The position numbers were made by a program, and so were the translations under genes. From Macrostomum lignano (taxonomy: Eukaryota): a stretch of DNA of 64,000 bases. The stretch's first letter is position 1; each line of letters opens with the position of its first letter. Shown piece by piece: positions 49,201 to 64,000 of the stretch. The stretch is from assembly GCA_002269645.1 (NCBI GenBank), contig NIVC01000815.1:62001-126000 (forward strand). The letters run 5' to 3'. Under the pieces are notes generated by a model, which saw only the letters and a list, made by a program, of their open reading frames with translations, was not told the DNA's origin and did not search any database.

Positions 49201-52200
49201 TTCCATCTCATCTCAACTCAACAACTTCTCGACTCAATATCTCGACTCGACCCTGACCTCTCGAAAGCTTCTCTGCTGAACTCATGCCAGCTACAGCTCT
49301 ACTGTCACGGGTCCTACAACTCTTAACAAATTCCCAAATCTCGAATCTCCTTCCGCTATCTCAGTTTGGCCTCGTCAGTAGAATCATAGAAATTCTGTAT
49401 TAATCTGCTCTTTAGGCCTTACTGCCCTTCCTTTCCTGCATGGCCTGACTCTCTGAACCTTTTTTTTGGCTCTTCTGAAAGCGTCATCGGCCTCTTCTTT
49501 CTGCCTTTGACCAATCCGCAATTGGTCAGCATGCGTAGCTGTCCGCGCGTCATGCCAATCTCTGCAATCCAATCTTTTCGACAATTCTCTTCGCACAATT
49601 CTGCACAGTTCTCTCAGCATCAACTTCTCGTCAACTTCTCTGAGTAAAATAATCTTCCTTCAATGTTTTCAGTCCGAAATTGCAGTTCCCTGGCTTTCCT
49701 AAATAAGTTTCTTAGTAAAACGGCCCTTTTAAGGTCAAACGGCCCTTTTAAGGGTCACCTTCCTAAATTTTTAGCTATTTAACGAACTTTAGACGGCTTA
49801 CTTGGTCAGTACATTGCAGTATGCAGACGAAATATTTTTTTTGGGTTTTCTGAATTTTTTTTTTTTATTCGTTTTTATATTTTTTGCATATTTGAAACAT
49901 ATTTACAAATAGCTTTCAGATTCGCGCTCCTGTGTACGAGTCTTCTTAGGGTGGCTTCTGCTGGGCGTGCCGGTTGAAGTTGATTCGGCACTGGTGTCCT
50001 GCCTGAGGCCTAATGGGTCCTGGCTGGTTGCAGAAGAAGCAGTGACCAGGTGTCGGCTCTGGCCTGATTCCACTGAATTTGTTCAGGCGGCGCGGTCTTG
50101 GCACTGACTGCTGCTGCTGCCCTGTCTTTGGTTCTAGGCTAATGTTCGTTAGCACGAAGGTCAAGGTCATTAGACACTCTACTAATGCATCAATTCCCTC
50201 TTTTCGGTTCTGCTGCTTCGGCTCAAATTCTTCGATTATTCGTCGCCTAATTTCCTGATACTGACTCTGCTCTTTTCTGTGACTGATTCGGCGTTTCAGT
50301 CCCTCTGGGATGTTTAGATTAGCAAAGAGAGCTTCCTTCTGTTTCTCGACTGTAATCCCTTGGATTGTGCACTGTTGCTCAAACGTGTTCATCCACTGCC
50401 TAATGTTCTGACCAGGCGTGAACTTTTCTACTTGCACTTCAGCTTCTTTCGATCCTAACTTGAGATGTTTCCGCAGTTCCTCTGCCAGCATGGCGATGGC
50501 ATCATTAGCCTGATTCTGATTCATCTTCTCTTTACGAAAAACTTTTCAAATTATTCTTCGGAATTCTTCTGAATCTAGCTTTAAGAGTTCGCGCCGTTTC
50601 TCTAATCCCACCGCTGCCACCAGCTGTGACAGGCCTTTTGGCTCTGTCTTTCTAAACTTCTAACTATTAGTGTTTATTAAATATCCTACGAGCTGCCACC
50701 AAAGTTGTTACAGGCCTTTCACCTCTTACTTTATCAATTTTAATCCCACCGATTTGCCAACTACAGTTATCCTGATTATACTTGCTTTTACTCCCTAACT
50801 ATTTCTTAGAATTTCATTTAAATATTTCTGGGTAGCGTTCTTAGTAGCGTTTCTGGTAGCTTATGGCTTGCTTTCTGGTAGCGTTCTAGTAGCTTATGGC
50901 CTGAGCGGTCTAGTACTGGTATATGTATTAGTGTATAGTCCTAATCGGGCGTTCACCAAGACTAGAGGGTCACGGCGCCTCTCTTGGTATATCTCCAAGA
51001 ATTAGTCCCAATTCCCTTCTCTTAGCAAATTTCTTAGAATCGTTTCACAGGCACAGGTTTTGCAAATAAATAAGTCGCTATTTAGCTCAAAGACTTTGAA
51101 ATGGTTTAGATTGAACTGCTTATTCTGTTCGCAATTATTTGCTCACGAGTAAAAGACAGTTAGCGTATATTTGTCGCAAAACCGCTCCTATATATAGTGA
51201 TTTTCCCCACATACGATTAAAACAAAAAATAATTCTCCAATTTATTTCGCGCATTAAAACAAACTATTATTTGGCGTTCGCGTAGATTCAGTTTCTAAGA
51301 AAGATTCGAATATACAGTTATTACATTGAAAGAACATTCGAGTATACTATGATAAAGGCATAGCACTAGTACACAACCAATACTTATATTTCGTATTGCA
51401 CTCAAGTTCCAAAAAAGTTCTGACTTTTACATATTAAACTCCCACCTAATGGCAGATACATATTGGCACATTTCTGCCAAGTAGCCTCGTTGTTACCACC
51501 CTCTTATTGGCCAGTAGTGGGTCTTCACTGCTCATGGTTGTGTTATGAAGTTTTATTTCTCCCCTTCCTACACTCCTCTCATCCCTCTCATCTCCCTCCT
51601 CCCACTTCTCCCACTTCTCCCTCTTCTCCCAGTTCTCCCAGTTCTCACATTTCTTTTTCTCACACTTTTCCCTCTTCTTCCACTTCTTCCAGTTCTCCCT
51701 CTTCTCCCTCTTCTCCCTCTTCTCCCTCTTCTCCCTTTTCTCCCCCTTCTTCCAATTCTCACTCTTCTCTACTTCTCCCACTTCTCCCATTTCTCCCTTT
51801 CCTCCCACTTCTCTCACTTCTCCTATTTCTCCCTCTTCTCCCTCCTATTTCGCCCTCTTCTCACTCTTCTCCTATTTCTTCCTCTTCTCTACTTCTCCCA
51901 CTTCTCACGCTGCTCCGTCTCCTCCAAGATCTCCCAGATATCTCTCCTCTCCCTCTCCTCCCAGTCCTCCCCTTCTGCTCTTGTTCCCCTAGCAACTAAT
52001 CAAGGTGTGATAAAACAAAAGCCAACCGCACTGGCACAACAGGCAAGTCGCTACAGCCGGGCAGCAGCCTCAGCCAGCAGGGCCTGTCACCCGGCTGCAA
52101 GCTGATGCTGATCGGCAGCTGCGAGGAGGTCGCCAGGCCGGAGGCATTTGCCGCGCTTGACGCAGTCGACCGAGAAGTGGAAGCGATGGAAGCCAAGCTG

Positions 52201-52491
52201 GACGATCTGAACAGCGAATACGCCGGCTTCTCTAAGGGGTTCACGCCGCAGAATCTGAGACGCCAGGCGGCCCAGTCGCTGTCTAAACGGTTGCTAGCGT
52301 TTAACGATCGCGGCGAGCGAGGACTGGAGCGGTTGGACGGTTTATCGTTAGGCGACGCTGCCGCAACGTCGCGAGTTCGAGCCCGACGAAAAGATCTGGC
52401 AGATAGGCTGCAGGCGATGCTTAACATATCGGATAGTTTGCTGCAGGATCTGCTGCGCATGGCTGAAGAGGCCGGCTTCTCTTTGGATTGA
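46243..52491 (+). CDS. BAG1: BAG family molecular chaperone regulator 1 (UBL + BAG domain); exons about 46243-46375 and 52043-52491, true start uncertain
   Basis: The splice gives NVPVENQKLIYKG|KSLQPGSSLSQQGLSPGCKLMLIG (UBL end), then a BAG domain (LNSEYAGFSKGF...RRKDLADRLQAML). Donor GT is at 46376 and acceptor AG at 52041-52042, phase 1. An upstream exon is possible. Confidence 0.88.
47433..48272 (-). CDS. Unknown 279-aa cargo ORF inside the LTR element
   Basis: Intact ORF with a disordered Pro/Ser/Gln/Ala-rich N-terminal part, a basic KRPR patch and a predicted helical C-terminal domain of about 115 aa with aromatic residues. No recognisable TM or env features. Confidence 0.7.
   Translation of the reverse strand: MNNSIDILDELIGNLSDDMEPQPAPNTDENEAPLRCATRPKAPGVSSKRPRTSSPASSPCRQMRVEGPEQKRAALVAAQAAAPVRSYLVKATPGSSTSSRTQQLVSPPAAPSSRKTPAPRQKKSTAATPPAQQPASQPSLQSAQQSSQPSALQPSQQQSNSQRDFHRIVRELVETRGAEVEKLRFHIEQYALKVAYHRSDSRQRYPQCSQIWTHLKFLRDQFSYQEAVAVLQDVAYRLQRAIRANPPPALTVLDEEYRWFFAQVGWPYYRDLPEPCMFI
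48352..48423 (-). promoter_or_regulatory. Internal Pol II promoter (TATA + GC boxes) upstream of the cargo ORF
   Basis: TATAAATA on the minus strand at 48363-48356, CCCGCC near 48372, and GGGGCGGGGC at 48414-48423. The TATA lies about 85 nt upstream of the ATG at 48272. Confidence 0.55.
48675..49211 (-). CDS. Acidic 178-aa ORF, possibly the relic pol/integrase C-terminal tail
   Basis: Glu/Ser/Asn-rich and ends near GYNLRPR, a motif commonly seen at Gypsy Pol C-termini. Expression is unproven. Confidence 0.4.
   Translation of the reverse strand: MRWNEDEISKRSCENLQNCSKKNSNNLTPVPKSEIDLPEEINNNLKPAPVSTKKKEPPKSNKRICHRQKEVRIPEVQILEEESSDEENRIQWRVFADPNSQSENEGNEELNSENTERATDSDEPSEEEGAIELEEERANTVGGYNLRPRDNRVTQQEREREGATGFVPRRRYAKYLAP
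49946..50524 (-). CDS. Gag-like protein (192 aa) of the pol-less LTR element
   Basis: First ORF after the PBS. It has a capsid-like start (VEKFTPGQNIRQWMNTFEQQC) and a degenerate zinc knuckle CFFCNQPG...GHQC. Confidence 0.75.
   Translation of the reverse strand: MNQNQANDAIAMLAEELRKHLKLGSKEAEVQVEKFTPGQNIRQWMNTFEQQCTIQGITVEKQKEALFANLNIPEGLKRRISHRKEQSQYQEIRRRIIEEFEPKQQNRKEGIDALVECLMTLTFVLTNISLEPKTGQQQQSVPRPRRLNKFSGIRPEPTPGHCFFCNQPGPIRPQAGHQCRINFNRHAQQKPP
51570..51995. repeat. CT-rich low-complexity tract in the BAG1 intron
   Basis: (CTTCTCCC)-like units. Confidence 0.9.
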
Positions 52492-52637
52492 TTGCTTCTA
52501 GTTGCTGGCCTTTGGAGCGGCTGTTGGTGTTACAAATTCAACATGTGCCTGTAATGTTTCTCTCATATTGGCTAGAGGAGGGGATGTTAGACTCCTATTT
52601 TGTATTTCTTACATGTGTTGCGATGCTTGGTAGGTTT

Positions 52638-53175
52638 GATATGGGCCTGTTAGATTTGTGGTATTTGGTTAGATATGGGCCTGTTAGATTTGTGGTATTT
52701 GGTTAGATATGGGCCTGTTAGATTTGTGGTATTTGGTTAGATATGGGCCTGTTAGATTTGTGGTATTTGGTTAGATATGGGCCTGTTAGATTTGTGATAT
52801 TTGGTTAGATATGGGCCTGTTAGATTTGTGGTATTTGGTTAGATATGGGCCTGTTAGACTATTGGTATTTGGTTAGATATGGGCCTGTTAGATTTGTGGT
52901 ATTTGGTTAGATATGGGCCTGTTAGATTTGTGGTATTTGGTTAGATATGGTCCTGTTAAATTTGTAGTGTTTGGTTAGATATGATCCTGTTAGATTTGTG
53001 GTATTTGGTTAGATTTGGGCCTGTTAGATTTGTGGTATTTGGTTAGATATGATCCTGTTAGATTTGTGGTATTTGATTAGATATGGGCCTGTTAGACTTG
53101 TGGTATTTGGTTAGATATGGGCCTGTTAGATTTGTGGTATTTGGTTAGATATGGGCCTGTTAGATTTGTGGTATT
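52638..53175. repeat. 34-bp minisatellite downstream of BAG1
   Basis: Unit GATATGGGCCTGTTAGATTTGTGGTATTTGGTTA, about 16 copies. Confidence 0.95.
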
Positions 53176-53865
53176 ATACTGGGTTGGACATGGCGTGTTC
53201 GACCTCTATTGTGTGAGATAGACGTGGGTTGTTATGCTTGGCTAAAATTTGTTACAATAGGGAGTTTAAAATTCACTATTTGATAAAAGACAAACAAAAT
53301 AAGTAGTGCCTGTTTGTAAATGCGCAGTTCTCCAATTGTTTTATTAATTGTAAATCTTCTGAAGTACTATTAATGTAATATTTCTTGTGTTTAGAATAAT
53401 TAAATTTAAAGAATATTGTACACTCTACTCGAGTAGTACTGTTAGAATTTTTTGCTTTCATTTTTTTCGTCCTTTTGTACCCTGTTTCAATTTGTAAGAT
53501 CCAATTTTAGTTCATGTACAGCCAGTGTACAGTCCATTGAGCATAGAGATAGCTTAGGTCTCTCTCCTCTCTTCCTCTCTCAGCCCACTCTACCCCTAGC
53601 AACTAGCAGCCTGGCTCAGCTCCCGATTGCTTTTCTCTGTTTATTGGCCGTGTCTCTCTGTACCTGCGTAAACCCCCCACCTTGCCAGGGAGTCCCAGAC
53701 AGAGAATCTGGGGGTGGCAACAGCTGCTTTTGCAAACTGTAATCGAATATTTTTATTCTAATTTCAACAGGACTGCAGCTGCTTCAAATACAGATGTGGT
53801 GCGAAATTTTCTGTCTACCTTTTTGCGCGTTTAATTGAGTGAACTATCATTTAATTGGCCTCAAG

Positions 53866-54001
53866 TGACGTCACCCTCCCTCCCCAGTCAGAGCTACGTT
53901 GCCGGTCCAGATGCTTCACTTAAGGCGTCCCTGGCCCTTAAGTTGTCTCTGCGTATATACAGTATCTCTCTGCTGCCTTGGCCAGTGGCCGTGACTCAGC
54001 A
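53866..54001 (+). promoter_or_regulatory. CRE and ARE/NF-E2-type sites upstream of cathepsin L
   Basis: TGACGTCA at 53866-53873 and GTGACTCAGCA at 53991-54001, within 240 bp of the ATG. Motif match only. Confidence 0.35.
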
Positions 54002-54103
54002 GAACTATATTACTTTCTAAGCACTAGGAGCACTTCTTTTAACTGTGCCAGCAAGATAATTTTTATATTGCTTTTCTTCTTCTAGCTTCTAATCGCCCGC
54101 AAG

Positions 54104-59043
<4,940 letters not shown>

Positions 59044-62000
59044 AAGCGCGCAGCAAATAATGAAAAATCACTTAAAGCGCTTACAAAAACTTAAAAGCTG
59101 GTTAAATTGAAGTTGAATTTCTTGCAAGAAATCTCAACGTTTTTTGCTCTTCGTGGTCGCCGTCTGTCCGGCATCTTCGAAATTCTGATTCCTATAATTT
59201 TTATCGTGAAAATTTCTTTTATCAGCCTTGTTTATTTATCCAGACACTATCGATAGTAGCAAAACAAAAACGATTTAAATATAAGCAATTTGTGTAGATA
59301 GACTGTGCGATTTTTTATGTCCATGCCCGCGATTTGCTACTGAAACTAATTGTAATTTTAAAATCCCCAACAGCTTAAATAAGTTTAACATCTGACTCCC
59401 CTCGTCTTCAAATTTTTACCTCATTAGTTTTTTGTTTGTGGTGGTTTCCGGTCATTTTTATGCACATTTTTCTATTGTAATTATCTAAATAAGTAGTAGA
59501 ACGCGCATATAGCTGTCCTTTTTATACGGCCAAAATTTGATGAAAATGCTCGATTTATTCCGGTTATTCCGATGGCCAACGAAAAATGATTCATCATATT
59601 TTCGGTCTGCCATCGGTTTAACGTTTGATTAATTGACTGGTTGATTTTCACTAAAAATTGTCAAAACTGCTTCAACTAATAAACAGTAATCATTTTTGTT
59701 CCCAAATTCAGTTCTGCAGAGGACCATCGTCCAATCAAAATTCGATCATAGGAATCGTAAAATAAAATCTATTTTTTGTCCAACAAACGCTTAATTAATT
59801 TTGGTCTCTAAGAATTGATTCTAAAAAGCACTTTTCTTTAATATCCTCGTTGCTACGACTTTTTGGTTAGTTTTTAAACGGTTGCACTTTAATAGTGAAA
59901 GTTAATTTGTGAATTTACAGCATAATACAAAAAAAAATATGGACTTTAGAACTTGCACTCGTACAAGGCTTTCAGACAGATAGGCAGATCGGTCTATAGA
60001 CATCGTCAGGTAGGCAAAGTACTAAGCCAGGGGAATCCTCTGCCGCTGACCGATTTTAGTTGCAATATATTGATGTATCGTTCAGGGGCGGCCCGAATTT
60101 GATTGTATCTATAAAGCAGATTTTTCGTGGGTAACTGGGCAGTTTGTCTTCGTTGCGAAATTTACGCAGACAACATGCATTATTATACGTTCTATTTGTT
60201 TGATACAATTAGGCTCATTGGCTTTCATTGTACTAGTACATGTAAAGATACGCCATTACACGAAAAATTCACTTTATCTTACTTATATATACGACATATG
60301 TCTTTACTAATCTTACTACTTATTTATATCTTAATTAAGTAGTAATTGACGAGTAAGTGTTAATGCACATTAAGAATTTTCGTATTGGCGGCGTTGTTCG
60401 CTGTGGACGAATTTGTTTTGAAGTCAACAAATAGTTTATTTCCAGAAATATGGATAGAACTTTAATGAAGGTACTCGCATAGGAACAAAATACATGTATC
60501 GAGGCGATAAAGTCATGCAAAAACGAAGAATACGAATGTTAATAGGAAACTATGTTATAACAAAACTTAACTAATTAGGACACTAGTAGGCCGTACTAGA
60601 CAATAAAGTATTTTTCGCAGCCAACGCTAATTTTTATAGGAATAACTATCAACAGGACACAGTTATGCATCAATATTATTTGCGTCATCAATCACCTGCT
60701 TTACCGTCCAAGTCCAAATAACAGCAATTCATTTCGAGTACTTTGCTGGCCTGTGGCTGTGGCTTGTCTGTGGCAGTGGCAGGTTGCTGCAGCATAAGGC
60801 CGGGGCCTATTTAATAGGTCTTTTTGATAGGTATAAGCAGATCTATATCATGACTAATATTAGGAGTTCTTCTGTTAAAAATATTTGAAAGCGAACGAAT
60901 TTTAATTTCCGTGCCAGCAGTCCTGAGCTCAGTGAGCTGAGACTAGGAGTACTCGTCTAAGAGTACTAAGAGTTGGAGTGACAGATATTTATATCTGTAT
61001 ATATAATATCTATTGTATATCTACATGCTACAACTATTAAACTATATATCTCTAAATATAATTAATATATAGTTGTAATATTAGGCTATAGAAATAAAAA
61101 ATTGAATTCAATAGGGGTCTAACTAAGCCAAGGCAAGCAAATTTATCTTATATTTATTTGGTAGGCCTATACTACCTGTGACTGTGAATTCATGAAATTT
61201 AGATGAATAAAAAACTTTTGGCCTAGTTCAGTCATAGTCATAACTCATAAGCCTATGCCTGCTTAACCATATTTATTATGTTAATATTATTACTTTACTT
61301 ATGCCAGTACCATGCCTAGTCTAGACCATGCTCTTGCCTCTATTCTTATTCTATTGGGGGATAGTTTAGTAGGGACTCCAGTGAGTGAAATTTTTTAATA
61401 TTTTGTAAAGCATTTTGCTTATTATTAGGGCCTAGTTTTAGTATTAGGCATTTTGAATATGATCATTTTTATCCGAACTTAAAAATTATGTACTACATTT
61501 ACTAATATTAAAAATAAAATAATTATATACATTTTTATTCACTGATTTCTAGTCTATTCCAAATAATCAATTATAAATATATCTTATTTTTTGCTTTTTT
61601 ATCCTTTATAATTAGATCTATTTAAAAAAATTTGATGTACTTATAATTATAATAGCAAAAAACTTTAATAACTATACCTAAAAAAGTTAGTCTAGCCTTA
61701 AAACATATAGAAAAACATTTTTACCATTTTTTTGCCATAACAAATAGAAATAGCAAATCTATTGTTTTTTCCTTTTATAAAAATATAATGTAGCATAAAA
61801 AGTTGTTTGCTATCAAAAAGCCATAAAACAAACCTATTAATAATAAAAAAACAAAGATAATTTTGCCAAAATTTCTATTAGTAGGCCTATAAACAACCTA
61901 TAGGGCCTATTTAAAACAAGATATTAGGACCCAGTTATGAGTTTAAAATATATCTATTGGCTTTGTATTTAATAAATTTTTATGCTAAACATGACTGATT

Positions 62001-62106
62001 TTTTTTATTTAAAAAATATAACTATCTTTTTTTCATGTCATCATTTTTTAAAAGGCCTATGAAAAGATGACATACTTTTTATGGCATATTGCAATCACAG
62101 CAAGCA

Positions 62107-62276
62107 TGCTTGGATATAACCTTGGGATTCACTTGGCCATTTCTATTGGCAACATACACATGTAAGTTGCTATTGGACAGAATAGTAGTCATGTGACTGC
62201 TCTCAGCCAATAGTGATTTACATGTATGTGTTGCCAATAGAAATGGCTGAGTGATTACCAAGGTTGCGCATGTATG
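62107..62276. mobile_element. hAT-family MITE (CATACATGCGCAAC TIR) about 600 bp upstream of RAB7
   Basis: Intact right TIR GTTGCGCATGTATG (62263-62276) and an internal inverted repeat of about 45 bp. The centre holds GTCATGTGACTGCTCTCAGCCAATAG. The left TIR is eroded. Confidence 0.65.
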
Positions 62277-62866
62277 ACAGCAAGAAGATATGAATGAACT
62301 ATAGAAAAAATGAGATATGGCTATGGATATAGATATAAGAAAAAATAGTTTGAATTAAAGTTTGTATATTTTTGTTTATTTTTTAATAAGCAGTTGGCAT
62401 TGAGTTTAAAATGTTGTTTTATTAAATTTATAATTTAAAAATGTATTTAAATAAATCATTCAATTTTCTAAATAATTTATACCATAATTCAATAAAAATG
62501 ATTTGTTTTTAATCTGAAAGAAAAAAAGAAACTTTTGTAACCAAGCTTGCTTGCTCCTTTTGCATTTTTGCTTTCTTGTCTGTCTTGTTTTTGGTTGTCA
62601 ATTTTTTATTTATCAGATAACTATAACCATAAATCCATATGGCCTAATTTTGGAGGGATATGAACTGTTTTTGCAATGAATAATTTATTCTTGATTTTTT
62701 TATCAAAATACAACCAACTAAGTTTGGACCCATTGTGAAAAAAATAGCACTGCTATTCTGAGTCATCGCCAACTATGTATTGCATGCCAAACACCTCACT
62801 CTAACTGCATCTTACCTGCGTTAGGTTAATTTGAATTAAAAAACAGCAATCCAACAGCAGCCAATC

Positions 62867-63814
62867 ATGTCCAGCGCCAGCCGCAAGAAGATCCTATTGA
62901 AGGTGATCATCCTTGGCGACTCCGGTGTCGGCAAGACCTCCCTAATGAACCAATTCGTGAACAGGAAGTTCAGCAACCAGTACAAGGCCACAATTGGTGC
63001 GGACTTCCTCACCAAGGAGCTCATGGTTGATGACCGGGTGGTCACCCTGCAGCTGTGGGACACGGCGGGCCAGGAGCGGTTCCAGTCGCTGGGCGTCGCC
63101 TTCTACCGCGGCGCCGACGCCTGCATGCTGGGTGAGTGCCGAGCTTTGTGCCTGCTGACAACCAACAGAACCGCCAGCCTCGTACAGTCGTGCTAGACTG
63201 GGCTGTGGGCTATGAAGTACTTCTGGAACTCTCTGATCACCTCCCAGATCCTCCCAGATCCCCTGATCACCTACCAGATCCCCTGATCACCTCCCAGTTC
63301 CCCAGTCACCTCCTAGATCCCCTGGTCACCTCCCAGATCCCCTGATCACCTCCCAGATCCCCAGTCACCTCCCAGATCCCCTGATCACCTCCCGGATCCC
63401 CAGTCACCTCCCAGATCCCCGCCCGCACCCGCAGTGTACGACGTGACGCAGCCGAACTCCTTCAAGACCCTGGACTCGTGGCGGGACGAGTTCCTCATCC
63501 AGGCCAGCCCCCGCGACCCGGACAATTTCCCATTCGTGCTGGTTGGCAACAAGATTGACCTGGAGAACCGCGGCGTCACCAAGAAGCGCGCGGCCCAGTG
63601 GGCGCAGACCAAGTCCAACATGCCCTACTTCGAGTGCAGCGCCAAGGAGGCCGTCAACGTTGAGGCCGCCTTCATGCAGCTGGCCAAGGACGCCCTGGCC
63701 CAGGAGGCCGCATCCGACGATGCCGGCGCCTCGGAGCTGCCGCCGGCCATCCAGCTGCAGGGCGGCGCCGGACAGCAAGGCGGGCAGCAGCAGAGCGGCG
63801 GCTGCTCCTGCTGA
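62867..63814 (+). CDS. RAB7A: Ras-related protein Rab-7; exons 62867-63131 and 63435-63814
   Basis: [70 protein letters not shown] and a C-terminal CSC prenylation motif. Phase-1 GT-AG intron. Confidence 0.98.
63233..63420. repeat. Minisatellite (about 19-20 bp) in the RAB7 intron
   Basis: CCTCCCAGATCCCCTGATCA / CCTCCCAGATCCCCAGTCA units. Confidence 0.9.
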
Positions 63815-64000
63815 GCCTGGATTAGGGGGATTTTCCAACTGGGGTCTGACTGACTAACTAGATGGATTGATTGATTGACTGAGGCGATCGCTGCTCATTG
63901 ATTCATTCATTCAAGCTGAACTTGTCTATCTATCTATATAACATAGTGAAATACCGATTTCCAAGGGGCAGAGTTACCGTATGACTTATATACAGACAGA

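Larger units (their letters stand above)
46398..51373 (-). mobile_element. Non-autonomous (pol-less) LTR retrotransposon with 749-bp LTRs inserted in the BAG1 intron
   Basis: LTRs 46398-47146 and 50625-51373 show no difference in the parts I compared. 4-bp TSD CAAC. The PBS TGGTGGCAGCGGTGGGATT (50622-50604) is complementary to the 3' end of tRNA-Leu, and the PPT is at 47160-47147. No RT, RNase H or integrase ORF inside. Confidence 0.93.

Noticed and set aside
59983-60125. ATCGTCAGG resembling the U8 snoRNA 5' end, plus GGCAGA/TCTGCC and ATCGGTC/GACCGAT pseudoknot-like pairings
   Set aside because: There is no C box, D box or LSm octamer, and no P4/J4-2 for an HDV-like ribozyme. Likely chance.

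Overview
Animal genomic DNA with GC-rich spliceosomal genes set in AT-rich, transposon-littered spacers. The gene style and intron minisatellites resemble a free-living flatworm such as Macrostomum; this is inference, not proven. Host genes: TBC1D23 (-, first two coding exons, joined across a GC-AG intron), DKC1/dyskerin (+, 7 exons), an orphan 392-aa single-exon ORF, a Src-family tyrosine kinase (+, 2 exons), an intronless PTB-domain protein (-), BAG1 (+), cathepsin L (+, 4 exons) and RAB7 (+, 2 exons). Mobile DNA: a young intact Mag-type Ty3/Gypsy element (158-bp LTRs, 5-bp TSD); a young pol-less LTR element in the BAG1 intron carrying gag plus a separately promoted cargo ORF; a deleted Merlin transposon; several hAT and GGG-ended MITEs with 8-bp TSDs; an RTE fragment; and a perfect 240-bp palindrome with two Penelope-type minimal hammerhead ribozymes. 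The most notable observations are a duplicated structured element in two DKC1 introns (candidate sno/scaRNA or autoregulatory RNA), the double-hammerhead palindrome, the cargo-bearing LTR element, near-total CpG erasure with a RIP-like C-to-T signature in old transposon DNA, and a CCAAT+CLEAR/E-box module at both CTSL and RAB7. All calls were made by eye, without alignment or folding tools.
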